DNA from: Octopus sinensis
Lineage: Eukaryota
NCBI RefSeq assembly: GCF_006345805.1
Contig: NC_043003.1
Span: forward strand, 108,996,001-109,060,000
DNA: 64,000 bases
Reading direction: 5' to 3'
Part shown: positions 1-13,130 of the stretch, one piece after another
How the letters are laid out: every line of letters begins with the position of its first letter
Position numbering within the stretch: position 1 is the stretch's first letter
The notes under the pieces: model-generated
Database searches by the model: none
What the model was told of the DNA's origin: nothing
What the model saw: the letters and a program-made list of their open reading frames with translations, nothing else
Program-made: the position numbers and the translations under genes

Positions 1-930
1 CTGTGAGGAAGTGGGAAAAGAAAGGACTAGCTTATAGTATTTACCTTTTTAAAAAGCTTGCGTAGTTGGAATTCAATTGTGGGTCGATAACCAGTATTTT
101 TGAATTTGAAAATAACCTAATTAAATAATCTACCTATTACTATTCTTCCTCTGTTCTGTATTATATAGCCATAAATAAACTGGGTGAAACTATATGCTCG
201 ATCAAGACTGACTGGGGGGGGGGGGGGCTAAACAATACCTTGTCCAAGTGGCATAACGAGAGAGAGCATTTATGTTGTCGCCTGACATGCTAGAAATAAG
301 AGTATAATCTGCAGATTACCCCCACCCAACAATCTTTTGAAGAAATAAAGAAAAAAAAAGTGAAACAGGTTGTTTTATGTAATTTTAAGTAAACTGTGTC
401 CAGAGAGAAAAAGTGATGATTAAGTCTGGAAAGTCTTCGAACACGGTTCTGTTTCATTGGGGCTGACTTGGAGCTAAATTAGAACTTGAGTTGTAAGCAA
501 GCAACAGATCATTCCATCTTTGGAGAAATCCAATTCCTTACTATATTCTCCTCAAATCTAAATAGAAGAGAAATTATCTCTCTGTGTATGTGTTCATCCT
601 AGGGTGTAGGACCTCATCTTTGGACAAATGACCCCTACTGCAAAAAGAAAGAAAAAAAAACAACGAAATAATCAAAATCCTTAGAAAGACAAAGCTTAAA
701 TCTCTCGGAGTAATCAGAAGTCTTTTGTTCGTCAATTTCCGTAAAACTTTTTTATTTCTTAGATTTTTTGTCAGCTGAATCGCTTATATTTATGTAGTTT
801 GTCTATGTATGTGTCTATGTGTATTTGTGTACATATGTTTCCGTACTTACGGTTAGGATTTTAGGGTTAGGGTTTGTGTTGGGGGAAAAAAGTCAATATT
901 GAAGAAGTTGGGGTGGGGGGAAATTTCACA

Positions 931-1296
931 GGAGTGGCTGTGTAGTAAGTAGCTTGCTTACGAACCACATGGTCCCGGGTTCAGTCCCATTGCGTGACAC
1001 CTTGGGTCGACCAAAGCCTTGTGAGTGGATTTGAGAGACGGAAACTGAAAGAAGCCCGTCGTATATATATATATATATGTGTGTGTATATATGTTTGTGT
1101 GTCTGTGTTTGTCCCCCTAACATCGCTTGACAACCGATGCTGGTGTGTTTACGTCCCCGTAACTTAGCAGAAGTGACCGATAGAATAAGTATTAGGCTTA
1201 CAAAGAATAAGTCCTGGAGTAGATTTGCTCGACTAAAGGCGGTGCTCCATCATGGCCATTGTCAAATGACTGAAACAAGTAAAAGAGTAAAGAGTA
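931..1296 (+). mobile_element. tRNA-derived SINE, family 1 (internal deletion)
   Basis: A/B-box head (TGGCTGTGTAGTAAG...GGGTTCAGTCCC), central (TA)n/(TG)n, tail GACTGAAACAAGTAAAAGAG; matches about 9 other copies in the window. Confidence 0.9.
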
Positions 1297-3241
1297 ATGC
1301 CGATTTTTGGCAATTTTCCAGAACTTCCGTATCCGAAAACGGGGATTTTTGGCAAATAAAGATACAAAAATAAACAAATTTCGAAGGAAATGAGGAAGCG
1401 GACGGAAGTCTTTCCCATTTGTGTATTGCCGAAACAAATACTTTAAGTTTTGATATACTTTCTCGGAAAGATCGCCGGGTTGTGTCCTTTTTCACATTTT
1501 GAAAGGGTTTCATCGAAAGGGGCTTGTTGTATGGGTGTCTTGTAAACAATTTAAAAGACAAGTCAAAGAAGAACTCTTTCGGGGTGACGTGTTTCATTCG
1601 GTATGCTAGAAATAGCAGCTAAATCTCTCTCAAACTCACACCCTACTATTTTAAGTAAAGGACTCTCATTACACATCGTGTTACTACATACATCTAAGAA
1701 AAAATTTTTTTAAGAAGACGGGATGGGCATGGTTGAAAAGCTTTTTATCATAATCTGATCAACCAGGGTTGCCCAAAAGCTTCTCAATTCAAACGCAAAA
1801 TTTAACAAAATGATTTGCGGGGTCGAACGAGAGAATCTTTTACTGGTTAAAAGAATACCCTTAATGAAAGGGGGTACCATGAAAGGGATCGTCGGTTACA
1901 TTTGTTTTGAAGCATTTTTAACGAATGAATAGTTTAATATCCAAAGTTTCGATGACTAATATAGAAATTCGGAAATTCATAAAAAACCCCCAAAAAAAAA
2001 TCTCCTGTACAGTATGAAGTTACAAAACTTAGGTTTGATATATTCTTATGAATCCCTGATGTAAATGGAATTAGATAATTAATTGATTGTCGAAATATCA
2101 AATATTAAACCGCATGTACAATAATTAAAAGAAAATATCTCGCAATTAATGCGACCATAATAGTATTTGAGTTATGCTCACATATATAATAAATATCATA
2201 TTCAGAAATATCGACGGAGTTTATTTTATCAAAACATGATAAATTCCTAAGAGAAAGAAAATTGCGCAGGATGTCGTGTCCATGTTATGAAAATACTTGC
2301 CAAACGAAACACTACAAAATCAGGCCATAATTCACAATGTTTATATCTTTTGAAAACTAAAACTTAACAGACATGAGGTAATAGGAGAAGTGAGTGAGTG
2401 ATTGTAAAACGACTGGCGCCTCGATGTAGTCAGGCAGGGCAGGATTGTCACCATCACAGCAGCAGCAGCAGCAGCAGCAACGGTTGTCACAGGTAGCAGC
2501 CATGACACCTGTTAATTCGTGACACTATTTCTGTTGGCCTTATTCCAAACTATTTCTTAACTACTAGCTTTATCGTTTTATCAGTAGGTAATTGCCTTTA
2601 TACCCACCTATACCTATATTTCGCCTTTACTCACACCCCGAACTTATTGTGTATGGCAGAATAGCATGTGTATATAATTAGCTGAATCCACACAGGTGAT
2701 ATAATGCAGGTAAACGAGTTGTGTGTTTTTTATCGTCGACCCAGCGACATTTTTAAATCAGATTCAACGAAAATGTCAAATTTTCCTGAAATATTGAAAA
2801 AATATAATAAAGCACGTCTAATCTAATCTAATAATTATGATGGAAGGCTGGCTCTTTTGAAAAAAAAATGTTAATTCTCTTGCAGCCCTTACTATAATGC
2901 CCCCAACACAATAATATGCCTATGTATGCGTGGACACATATATAAATATATATTTGAGTGTGTGTGTGTGCATAATCGGCAGAAGTATCAAGTGACTTAA
3001 GGACCGAGCGTTTCGTGTATGACACTTATCGAAACTCACTCACTCTCTCTCACATACACAGGCAAAATCGTTGATCGACACATCCTCACACTTGTATAAA
3101 ATGAAGGGACCACACAAAACCGACATGATACAATCCACCTAATTGACAAATCGTCAATTCTGACACAACTACAAAGATTAATTAAGGTGTGTTGATTACC
3201 TTTTTATAGTTTGTTTTATAAACACCTTAAAATTTTTGGAA

Positions 3242-3471
3242 GGAGGTAAAGGATACGTACACCACCTGTTTTCGGCGTAACCTTAAACACTAACCTTAAA
3301 CCCTAACCTTAAACACTAATCCTAAACTCTAACCCTAACCTTAGCCCTAAACCTTAAAGCGAAGGTAAAGAAAACGCACACCATCCGTTTTCGGCGGTTA
3401 GGGTTAGGGTTACGTTTAGGGTTAGAGTTAGGGTTACGCCAAAAACGGGTGGTGTGCGTTTTCTTTACTTC
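3242..3471. mobile_element. Telomere-repeat-cored MITE: partial copy 3242-3358 abutting complete copy 3359-3471
   Basis: ~36-bp TIRs GAAGGTAAAGAAAACGCACACCATCCGTTTTCGGCG and reverse complement flank a TTAGGG-like core; related copy at 33544-33639; superfamily unassigned. Confidence 0.75.
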
Positions 3472-3477
3472 TGTCGG

Positions 3478-3620
3478 CTAGTCGATTACATCAACCTTCA
3501 TGCTTATTTCATCGACCTCGAAGGGATGAAAAGCAAAGTCGATCTGAGCAGGATTTGAACTCAGAACGTAAACAGCTGGACGAAATGCCGCTTAGTATTT
3601 TTGTCCAACAAGCTAAATGA
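3478..3620 (-). mobile_element. SINE family 2, degenerate
   Basis: Reverse complement of the GAGTTCAAAT...GTCGACTTTGCTTTTCATCC core shared with 18829, 19595 and 50211. Confidence 0.7.
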
Positions 3621-4567
3621 CAATGATAATCACGAAGAAGAAGAAGAATAAAGAAAAACAGGTAAAATTTAACCAGTCTACCGCTGGATATACTGAAAAA
3701 ATAAAACATCAATAGGGATGAAACGAAAATCTGCGAACTTACCTGGTTTCGTCGTCATTGTTGTATTAACTCCAATCGTTTAATTTCCAATAAATCCCAA
3801 AGATAAAAAAAAATAAGCGATTCGGTTCTAAAGTTAACTTTCTAAGTTCACTGAATTGTATCAGGGCAACTTTCAAGTTTTCTATAAAACAATCTCTATG
3901 TTTATGTATGTACCTGCACACCTGTAACTGAGGACTACATTAAACTAACAACCAATGAAAAAAAAGTCCTAATATATCAGCAGATTGAAAATGCGATCAT
4001 CGACTTAAGAAAGGAGTGTCTACGCAGTCGCTAGATTGGCTAGAAATAGCAGCAAAATCACAACTAATTCTTAAACGGCGGTCTTAAATCGAGTTTCAAA
4101 ACATTTATATGGACGTGGTGACCATGAAAGGAAAGTGAATATTTTATGGCACTTTTCGATAATGAGGTTATAAATTCTCAGGTGTGAGAGACTAACAATT
4201 ATCGTAGTTTTTGTACATATTTAAAACGAAAGTAAGTATAGAAAAAATTTGTTGTTGTTTTTTTGCAAACTTGGCCCAAACATTCACAACTGTTTTCCAA
4301 GACAAGCTACATAGTAGAGTCTTAGGTACGTTTGTCCTGGCGGGGAAAAAATAGAAAGAAAGAGAAAAGCAGGGTTATGAAGGAAAAGTGTTTAATGACA
4401 GGTCTGCTGATTTAAGCTGACCTGTAGTTAAACAATCTCTAATTATTACCTGCAAGTTTAACTTCTCGACTTGTCCTGTGTATCACATGTGATGATACAC
4501 AGGCGTCCATGCAGTATTTATGATATACATTCCCAATCTTTTCAAACCACTAGAATAAACTTTTCCT

Positions 4568-4973
4568 GGATCTTTTCGGTTTGAACGGCAGTTTTTTTTA
4601 GAGGTGTCATATAAAATTGTCACCCATAATTATGACACTAGTATCGATCTATTGCGTTTCAATCTGTTTTAGGGTTAGGGTTAGGGGTGGGGGGAAGGGT
4701 ATCTTTTTTCTTCACAAATGTAAATAAACCCAATCTGTTTCTTAAACGAGGGATATATTCATACGGCACAATGTTTTTTTTACCTCAATAGACGTCATTG
4801 ATTGGTTGAAATTGAAGAAAAAAACAACAAATATCTTACAAACCATAGAATTTTCTCAATAAAGCCAGGAGAAAAAGATGTTTTATAAACACATTCTACC
4901 AGTATACGAAGTTTAAACTTTTTTAGTTGCCTAGAAATTATGTTAAAAACTGCCGTTCAAACCGAAAAGATCC
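4568..4973. mobile_element. GGATC-terminated MITE family A (Merlin-like; MULE alternative)
   Basis: TIRs GGATCTTTTCGGTTTGAACGGCAG / CTGCCGTTCAAACCGAAAAGATCC; 10-bp direct flank AACTTTTCCT on both sides; internal TTAGGG/G-run tract. Confidence 0.85.
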
Positions 4974-5055
4974 AACTTTTCCTTATAAAGAAATACTTTG
5001 GGTAGGTGATGAGTTAAAAGGATATAGCAGGAATGCGCACACTCACACACACATA

Positions 5056-5528
5056 CGATGGGGTACCCAAAAGAAACCGGAATTTTGCAATATTATTTTA
5101 TCCACTTAGTTTTACATGTTTACACTTCTATCGCTTTCAAAGTATTCTCTATTTGAAGGAATGCATCCGGCGAGACGAGTTTTCCCCTATTCAAAGCAGT
5201 TCTAGAACCCTTGCAAAGTGATGCCTTTTAACGCTTCTGTCGTTTTCTTTTTTGTCATCACGTCTTCCACATCTGCTAAACGTTTTCCTTTTAAAGACTT
5301 TTTTCATTCGCGGGGAACAGAAAAATGTCGCAGAGAGCAAGATCGAGCTAGTAGGGAGGTGAGTAAGCAAGGTCATGCCGTTTTTGGTCAGAAACTGTCT
5401 CACCCTGAAGGTGGTGTGCGCAGGTACATTGCTGTAATGAAACCACCACTCACCACTTTGCCACAGCTCGGGGTGTTTTCGGCCCACCGCGTCTCGCAAA
5501 CGCTTCACAACTGCCAAGTAAAATGTTT
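5056..5528 (-). mobile_element. mariner (DD34D-type) transposon 3' fragment with TIR, pseudogenised
   Basis: Translation KRLRDAVGRKHPELWQSGEWWFH..VPAHT..VRQFLTKNGMTLL; C-terminal EYFE-like end; TIR (TA)CGATGGGGTACCCAAAAGAAACCGG at 5056. Confidence 0.85.
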
Positions 5529-6120
5529 GGATCTTTATCTTTTGACCGACAGATTTAAAAAATAATTTTTTGGGATCTTTTCGGTTTGAACGGCAGTTTT
5601 TTCTAGTGGTGTCATAAAAAAATGTCACCCATAATTATGACCCTAGTATCGATCTATTGCATTTCAATCTGTTTTAGGGTTAGGGTGGGGGGAAGGGTAT
5701 CTTTTTTCTTCACAAATGTAAATAAACCCAATCTGTTTGTTAAACGAGGGACATATTCATACGGCACAGAATGTTTTCACCTCAATAGACGTCATTGATT
5801 GGTTGAAATTGCAGAAATTGTAGAAAAGAAACAAATATCTTACAAACCATAGAATTTTCTCAATAAAGCCAAGAGAAAAAGATGTTTTATAAACACATTC
5901 TACCAGTATACAAAGTTTAAAAGTGTCTGGTTACGTGGAAATTATTTTAAAAACTGCCGTTCAAACCAAAAAGATCCATTTTTTGTAACTAAACACTTCA
6001 TATACTGGTAGAATGTGTCACATAAAAGATCTTTTACTCTTGGTGTTGTTGAGAAAATTCTGTATTTTGGAAGTTATTTCTTGTTAAAGTTGTCGTATTT
6101 CTGTAATTTCAACCAATTAA
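5529..6120. mobile_element. GGATC MITE family B, interrupted by a family A copy
   Basis: 5529-5572 plus 5986-6120 align to the uninterrupted copy at 53750-54065; right TIR not seen. Confidence 0.75.
5573..5977. mobile_element. GGATC MITE family A, nested
   Basis: Both TIRs present; 8-bp TSD ATTTTTTG (5565-5572 and 5978-5985). Confidence 0.9.
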
Positions 6121-6131
6121 TGCTGTGTATT

Positions 6132-6577
6132 CAGCTTTTCTTTCCACGGATGAACCTTATCTGCTCCCCCCCTTTACACTTTACGTCATGACATTTCTGT
6201 GATGCACGATCCCTATTGATCGAAAACCTACCCCGCTTTTTTTTCTCCCCCAAAAGAAAAGCTCTACTTTGTAATTTATCCTCTCTGTGTTCAGCCCTGT
6301 GTGGCTAATAAAGAAACATATTTCCTCCCTGCCTGAGGTTACCGTGGTCTTTTTCGTAGGCTTTTCTTTCCACGGATAAACCTAATCTTGTTTCTTACTT
6401 TAAAAAAATTTCTTCTGTGACACACGATCCCTTTTGAGCACTTTTTTTTCCTGATCCCTTTGATCGGAATTTTACATATGTTCCCTATTTTTCCTTTTTC
6501 TTTTTCATTTTTGAAAAGAAAAGCTCTACATTTGTATTTGTCCCCTCTTTGTTCAGCCCTGTGTGGCCAATAAAGAA
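6132..6577 (+). repeat. Two diverged tandem units (~230 bp) of an unclassified repeat
   Basis: GCTTTTCTTTCCACGGAT...AAAAGAAAAGCTCTAC...GTTCAGCCCTGTGTGGC.AATAAAGAAA occurs twice head-to-tail. Confidence 0.7.
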
Positions 6578-6579
6578 AG

Positions 6580-6621
6580 TTATCTATCTATCTATCTATC
6601 TATCTATTTATCTATCCATCA

Positions 6622-6697
<76 letters not shown>

Positions 6698-6732
6698 GTC
6701 TGTCTGTCTCTCTCTGTCTCTCTCTCTTTCTC

Positions 6733-6775
<43 letters not shown>

Positions 6776-6850
6776 GTCTCTCTCTTTCTCTCTCTCTATC
6801 TATCTGTCTATCTATCTGTCTGTCTGTCTGTCTGTCTGCTTTGTCTTTCT
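6580..6850. repeat. Compound microsatellite (TATC)n/(TC)n/(TGTC)n
   Basis: Direct reading; accounts for ORFs 6549-6974 and 6563-6919. Confidence 0.95.
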
Positions 6851-7439
6851 CTCTACCCCTCGCTCTGCCCTCGTGCTCGATTACAAATCCATTCCGTTAA
6901 TTTTGTATCATTTCAGTAAAATTTTTATTCAGTTAATTAAAAAAGGTCGAATTTTAAATATTTTGCCGAAATAAAAATAATTTCTAGGGCGTATTTATAT
7001 TTACTAAACTTAAACACATTATTTTCCCCATATAAGTTTCCAGTAAATTGGGCGTCACTGCATTCTTTAAGGGCCGTTTTTTTTTTAGCTTAAAAAAACA
7101 AAACCCCCCCCAAAAATGTGTGAAAACTGTAAATTGAAAAATGTTGTAAGAATGCTTAAAATATGCGAAGAGTAGAACAGCCGAGCGAATGAGCAGGGAT
7201 CAGATAATCCAGGCGTTTACCTCTGACAGCATTCACATATCGTCGCTGTAGTAGTAGTAGTAGTGTTAGTGGTGGTTGTGGGGTGGGGGGTCTGGTGGGG
7301 GTGGTGGTAGCACAAACACAGGGTGTTCGGGTTAAGTTTGACTGTTCGCGCAAAAGGAAAAAAAAAAAACATATCCTATCTAAAAAATAAAAGTATTTTT
7401 AAAAAATCAAAAAAATTTTTTTTAATTTTTTAAAATTCA

Positions 7440-7975
7440 GCCACGTTATGGCTGGGAATTAACAGTTTACTCGGAGTAGCCGCCCTCAGTTTTCACAACG
7501 GCCTTAAGACGGCTCCGGAACCCAGCACTTTGTCCTTCACTGTGTTCCTAGGAAGATCTTCGAATACTTTGATTTGGCCACTAGCTCGGCCTCGGCATTG
7601 CAGGCAGAGCAGTTTTGTATCTTTTCCAATCGCACCCCACGCATAGTACTGCATGGGGTTACAATCGGGGTAATTTGAAGGCCAGAAATTGGGGCCAGTG
7701 AAATCGGGAATATTCGGGAATATTCTTTGACAGCCACATCTGACACTTTCCGGAGGTATTGGTAAGGAACCAAACCCTGTTGCCACACATATAGCCCTCC
7801 AGCAGCAATTCCCTCCAATAAGAGTTAGACCACAATCTCTAGCAGCTACACATAGCCGTCGGAATTGAGTCTAAGGCCTTGTGGAGGCTAAGGTCCTGTG
7901 GAGCAGCATAACGTCACCCGCACTGCAAACATACCCAAAATCGACTGGCTACGGTTTCCTAGTCTCCGTTGCAGC
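7440..7975 (-). mobile_element. maT (DD37D) transposase C-terminal relic
   Basis: Frameshifted GDVM, GLRLNSDGYV, YVWQQ, FWPSNYPDCNPM, RSRLKAVVKTEGGYSE* motifs; homologous to 11390-12640. Confidence 0.8.
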
Positions 7976-8059
7976 TGTCCATGCCACGTTTTACTTCCTT
8001 GATGCAGGTAACTCAAGTCCTTAATATCAGCTAACTTTTACTCACCTACAACTTTAATA

Positions 8060-8295
8060 TTTACTATGACCCGGCATTTTGATCGGGTTTTGGATTGAAC
8101 ATTCACAAAAAAGTCACTTCTATTGATTTTTTAATGGCTTTGCGGGGTAACTGGGGAAATGTAAAGATGTGCACGACCACCCTTGTATGGTTTTAAATGA
8201 CCATAGAAAGTGCGAGCCCTTTAACTGAAAAAATGTGGATTTGTATAAAGGACACACACACAGACAGACATTTTGCCGTTTATATATAGAGAGAT
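8060..8295 (+). mobile_element. Non-autonomous Helitron-like repeat, 3' part
   Basis: Ends in (CAGA)n-CATTTTGCCGTTTATATATAGAGAGAT, resembling Lep1/HINE-type termini; class is inference. Confidence 0.4.
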
Positions 8296-8946
8296 GCTCT
8301 CCAACGTTGTTGGCTGTTCACCAAAACATGAAGCTGTTCCTGTAGAAAGAAGACATAAAAAAACAATCAAATTTAGTCCGAACAGCCTCTGCATGTATTC
8401 ATCTTATATACATAAATGCACGAGATATACCGGACCAGTAATAGCGGGGCTTGCATCTCTCGGGTGTCCATATAAAACGACTGCATATTCGTGATCCGTA
8501 TTTCGACTCAGTCCGAAGACGTGTTCGGCTTGGTTATGCATACCGCACATATAGATTGCATGTAAACATTGTACTTGTAGTGTGACACCATGAATTAATG
8601 ACCAATACAGAAACATATGTAATAGATATAATGAAAGAAAACCAAATTCATATCAATGTTTTTTTTCTCTCTTAATATAAGTGTGGGAGCGGGGCGAGGT
8701 GCAGTATGGCTAAGAAACTTGCTTCCTGACCACGTAGCTTTGTGCTCAATCCCATTTGTGTAGTTTCGAAGTGACTAGAGCCTTGTCATGGATTTGGTAG
8801 ACGGAAACGGAAAGAACCCTCTCACACGCACACACACATGTATGTAAAATGTATATACACATGTATGTGTAATGCAGCTGATGATGGAAGTATATTGGAC
8901 TGTTGGTGTGACTTGTTGTATATGTGGAATAAGTATTATAACACAT

Positions 8947-8994
<48 letters not shown>

Positions 8995-9290
8995 GTTACT
9001 GTCCTGTTTTTGTTACCATTTTTACCCCTCCGCAAAAAGATCTCAAATTTTATTTAATTTGCTTTTCGCGGGAAGGAAAGTTTCTATCAAAGATGCGTAT
9101 CGCCTTCACCTTCGAAACGCAGAGTAGATGAAACCATGGCGACTGGAGAAGGGGAATTTTCCTTGTGTTATTTGTCCTGTACTCCATGTTTTCGTTGTTC
9201 AAGAAAAATGTCCAGTTCCTTGGTTTTGTGTTTATGTTTTCGTTTCTCATTGTGTTCGACGTTTTTTTTGAGTCCTGTACCCATATATGC
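8995..9290 (+). repeat. Unclassified non-coding repeat, PLE-tail-like
   Basis: Microsatellite-flanked T-rich tail with degenerate GAAAC..GTA motif; class inferred. Confidence 0.35.
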
Positions 9291-9414
9291 ATGTATATAT
9301 ACATGTAGAGGTAGGTACGTACATATATGTATGTATGTATATATGCATATGTTTTATTTATTAATTTATTATATGACGGAACGCACGCATCCATTTCTAA
9401 GTAAGATTGTTCTT

Positions 9415-9429
9415 GATATATATATATAC

Positions 9430-9473
<44 letters not shown>

Positions 9474-9541
9474 ATTATATATATATATATGTATGTATGT
9501 ATGTATATAATATATATATATATATATATATACACATACAT

Positions 9542-9572
<31 letters not shown>

Positions 9573-9641
9573 TACATACATATATATATATATATATACA
9601 TACATATATATATATATATATACATACATATATATATATAT

Positions 9642-9713
<72 letters not shown>

Positions 9714-9852
9714 CTAATATAATATATATATATAGATATATATTATACATATATATATATATCTATATCATTCATATGATATACATATATATATATAGAT
9801 ATACATAATATATACATATATAATATATGGATATAGATATATATACATATAT

Positions 9853-9949
<97 letters not shown>

Positions 9950-9950
9950 C
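9415..9950. repeat. Long (TA)n/(TACA)n/(GA)n microsatellite
   Basis: Direct reading. Confidence 0.95.
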
Positions 9951-9954
9951 CAAA

Positions 9955-10330
9955 GTGTACGTACGCCGCCAGGAATACAAAAAACATCCAGACAGATGAT
10001 ACAAAAGAGAGACAAGTAAAAAAACGGACGGATCATTCGAAGTTTTCTTTCCTCAGTTGAGTTCCAGATTATCTTTGCAATTTCGACTGGTTATATTCGA
10101 GATTGCTCCAATCTGGCCAGCCCCAAGGAAAAACTAACCTCAGAGCATTAGATTCCTTGGAAGAAAGCAGCGAATGTATACGAAAACAAGGACGAAAAAA
10201 CCCAGAGAAATGTTACACAAATACAAATGCAAGTAACAGGACATAACAACAGGCATCTTTCGACTAAGGACGAATTAAATTAAGCGGGCGTGTGTGAAAG
10301 TAAAGCCTTACAGCAGTGACATAAGAGTTG
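9955..10330 (-). repeat. Unclassified non-coding repeat, PLE-tail-like
   Basis: Similar style to 14075-14510; minus-strand CTGAGGAAAGAAAAC at ~10043-10057. Confidence 0.35.
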
Positions 10331-10497
10331 ACAGGCATGGGGAGGAATATAGATGTTGCACGGATGGTAGTCGAACCAAGAAAGAAAGGTCAGGCTTGAG
10401 CTAACACCGGTCACGTGGGGTTAGGGTTAGGGTTGTAAATGTTGGTTGATTGGTTAGTTGAGTGATTTCTCCAGTCACACTACATTTCTTAGAAAGA

Positions 10498-10653
10498 GGA
10501 CGTGGCTGTGTGGTAAGAAACTTGCTTCACAATTGCGTGGTTTGGGGTTCAGTCCCACTGCGTGGCACCTTGGGCAAATGTTTTCTACTAGAGCCCCGGG
10601 CCGACCAAAGCTTTGTAAGTGGATTTGCTAGACGGAAACTGAAAGAAGCCCGT

Positions 10654-10691
<38 letters not shown>

Positions 10692-10897
10692 TGTGTGTTT
10701 GTGTCTGTGTTTGTCCCCCTAGCATTGCTTGACAACCGATGCTGGTGTGTTTACGTCCTTGTAATATAGCTGTTCGGCAAGAGTGACCGATAGAATAAGT
10801 AACAGGCTTACAAAGAATAAGTCCGATAGTCGATTTCTTCGACCAAAAGGCGGTACTCCAGCATGGCCGGAGTCAAGTGACTGAAACAAGTAAAAGA
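10498..10897 (+). mobile_element. SINE family 1, full length
   Basis: Head, CCTTGGGCAA core, microsatellite and tail all present. Confidence 0.9.
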
Positions 10898-10922
10898 AAA
10901 AATGGAGAGTAAGAGAAAGAAG

Positions 10923-10956
<34 letters not shown>

Positions 10957-11316
10957 TACAGAAAGAGGGGAAGAGAGAGAGAGTAAAACAGAGACAGAAA
11001 GAGTTAATTTATGAAGTGTAGACTGAGTGTCTTATTTCTTACTGAAAAATATACATATTTTAATGAAATTTTGTTCTAAGGATTTCGAGTGAGTTGATTG
11101 CAATTAAGCTAATGAAATTTTGAAAAATAATAGCAAAATACTTATTGCAAATATAGAAATGAAAATATATATATTTTTTTTCATTTTAAGGAAGTGACAA
11201 AAAATTTCGTTTGAAAATTAGAGTTCAATTCATCATCTTGTAATAAGCACAAAGATAAACGTATTTGATAAAAGTTACATAATTATTCTAAGTATGCCAT
11301 AATTCCTGATATTATC

Positions 11317-11347
<31 letters not shown>

Positions 11348-11389
11348 CATACATACATACGTACGTACGTACGTACGTACATACACATA

Positions 11390-12640
11390 CAGGCTGCAGT
11401 GAATTACGTCTAAATTATGCAAAAATGAAAATAACACTGACATCTCATTTTAACTGATATATTTACCAAAATTACATAAAAAAGTATCTTGAAATATATA
11501 TTCAATAAAAATGTATTCAGTAAAAGCGCATTGGCTTCAACCATGGCCTCCAGACGACTTCGGAATCTCCCGCAACTCTTCTGGACAGTCTCCTTGTTTA
11601 AGTTGGTCAATGCTGCCCTAATCCTTGCCTTCAGTTCATCTTTGGTGTTACAAGGAGTTTTGTTGGTCTCTCGCTCAACTGCGCTCCAGACATACTAATC
11701 AAGGGGATTACAGTCCAGGGAGTTAGGTGACCAGATATTAGGGGTGATGTAGTCGCAGAAGTTGTCTGACACCTATGACTGGGTTCTCCTGCTTGTGTGA
11801 CATGGTGCAGAGTCCTGTTGCCAGACATAAGGTTTTGCAGCAGCCACCCTCTTGACCCAGGGCAGCACTACCTCCTCAAGGCACTTCATGTAGGCCTCCG
11901 TGTTGAGTCTGAGGCCGTGTGGGAAGATGAATGGAAGCATAACGTGATCACTCCAAACACCATGATGTTGACTCTCAGTACATGTTTTGGGGACACGGCA
12001 AACCAACAGTTTTTCCGTGTTCACCATTTGATCCTGGCAGAAATTTTTCCCGTCTGAGAAAAACCAAAGCAGGTCCGGTTGGAGGGGATGCTTAAGTTTG
12101 TTCAAAGCTTCCTAGTGCGATATTTCCTCTTGTCCTCGATAAAAGTTAGCCCGTTTCTCATCTTGTATGAGGAATACCGAATGTCATCATGCATTACCTG
12201 CCTGATAAGAAACTCAGACACTCCAATGGCCCTGGCGATGGACCTGATTGACTCGGAGAGGTTGTTGTCAATCATGACCAACAAATTCAGGAATTCTTTT
12301 CTTATCAGAAAAATCAGAGTGAGTTTCTCAGCTGCCGTATTTTCGTAATCACCATAAAACTCATTCAACTCCTTCCGAATACTCTGCGCTGTCCCCAGAT
12401 TGACCAAAACACTCTGAAATGTTCGTATTAGAGCTTCTGACGCGAATGCCAAGAAGTACAGCATGTCCTTTCCAGATTTCTTGCAGAGCGAATTGCGTCA
12501 TGGTGCTGTTTTTCTCACAGATGGGGACCAACTGACCTTATTATACTGCTATACTGTGTAATCGACAAAATCAAAAACAAACAATGCGCATGCGCGAAAT
12601 TAAAAATATGAAATGGCGACCATTTACCCATCGCACCCTG
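11390..12640 (-). mobile_element. Near-full-length maT (DD37D) Tc1/mariner element, pseudogenised
   Basis: 5' TIR CAGGGTGCGATGGGTAAATGGTCGCC at 12640, degenerate 3' TIR at 11390 after TA; ATG at 12501; HTH (SIRSIARAIGVSEFLIRQ), WFFSD, QQDSAPCH...DCNPLD with 37-residue spacing; stops and frameshifts. Confidence 0.9.
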
Positions 12641-12854
12641 TGTGTCGCAGAAAGTTTCATAAAACTGAAGACACATAAACCCTAAAATTATTTCAAGATC
12701 CTTGGAGGATTGTGAGGCTCTGACTGAAACTTATTTAGCTCATGTCTAAATTTGGGAGTGAGTAGCTACTAACCGTTGTTTCATAGAGACTACTGAAAGA
12801 AAGAAAAGCAGTTTTCATTATATGTTTCCAAGTTCTATGTCATGTATATATATA

Positions 12855-12931
<77 letters not shown>

Positions 12932-13130
12932 GTGTGTGTGTGTGTAATAATTCAAATTAAAGTTGAGATACGAAAATTTGAAATTTAGCATCGAAACCTT
13001 ATTTTGGGTTTGTTCCTAGTAGTGTGTCGGCTGAGCTCGTTCACCACTTACGGCTACCAGACGTCATCCTCGGTGAATGGAGTTTGGTCGTTGGATCTAC
13101 GTTAGGAATTCCTCGGGAATCAATGATTAC

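Noticed and set aside
1198-1597. Membrane-protein-like or P450-like (PIFGN) peptides
   Set aside because: Short, interrupted by stops or running into the SINE tail, with no usable splice sites.
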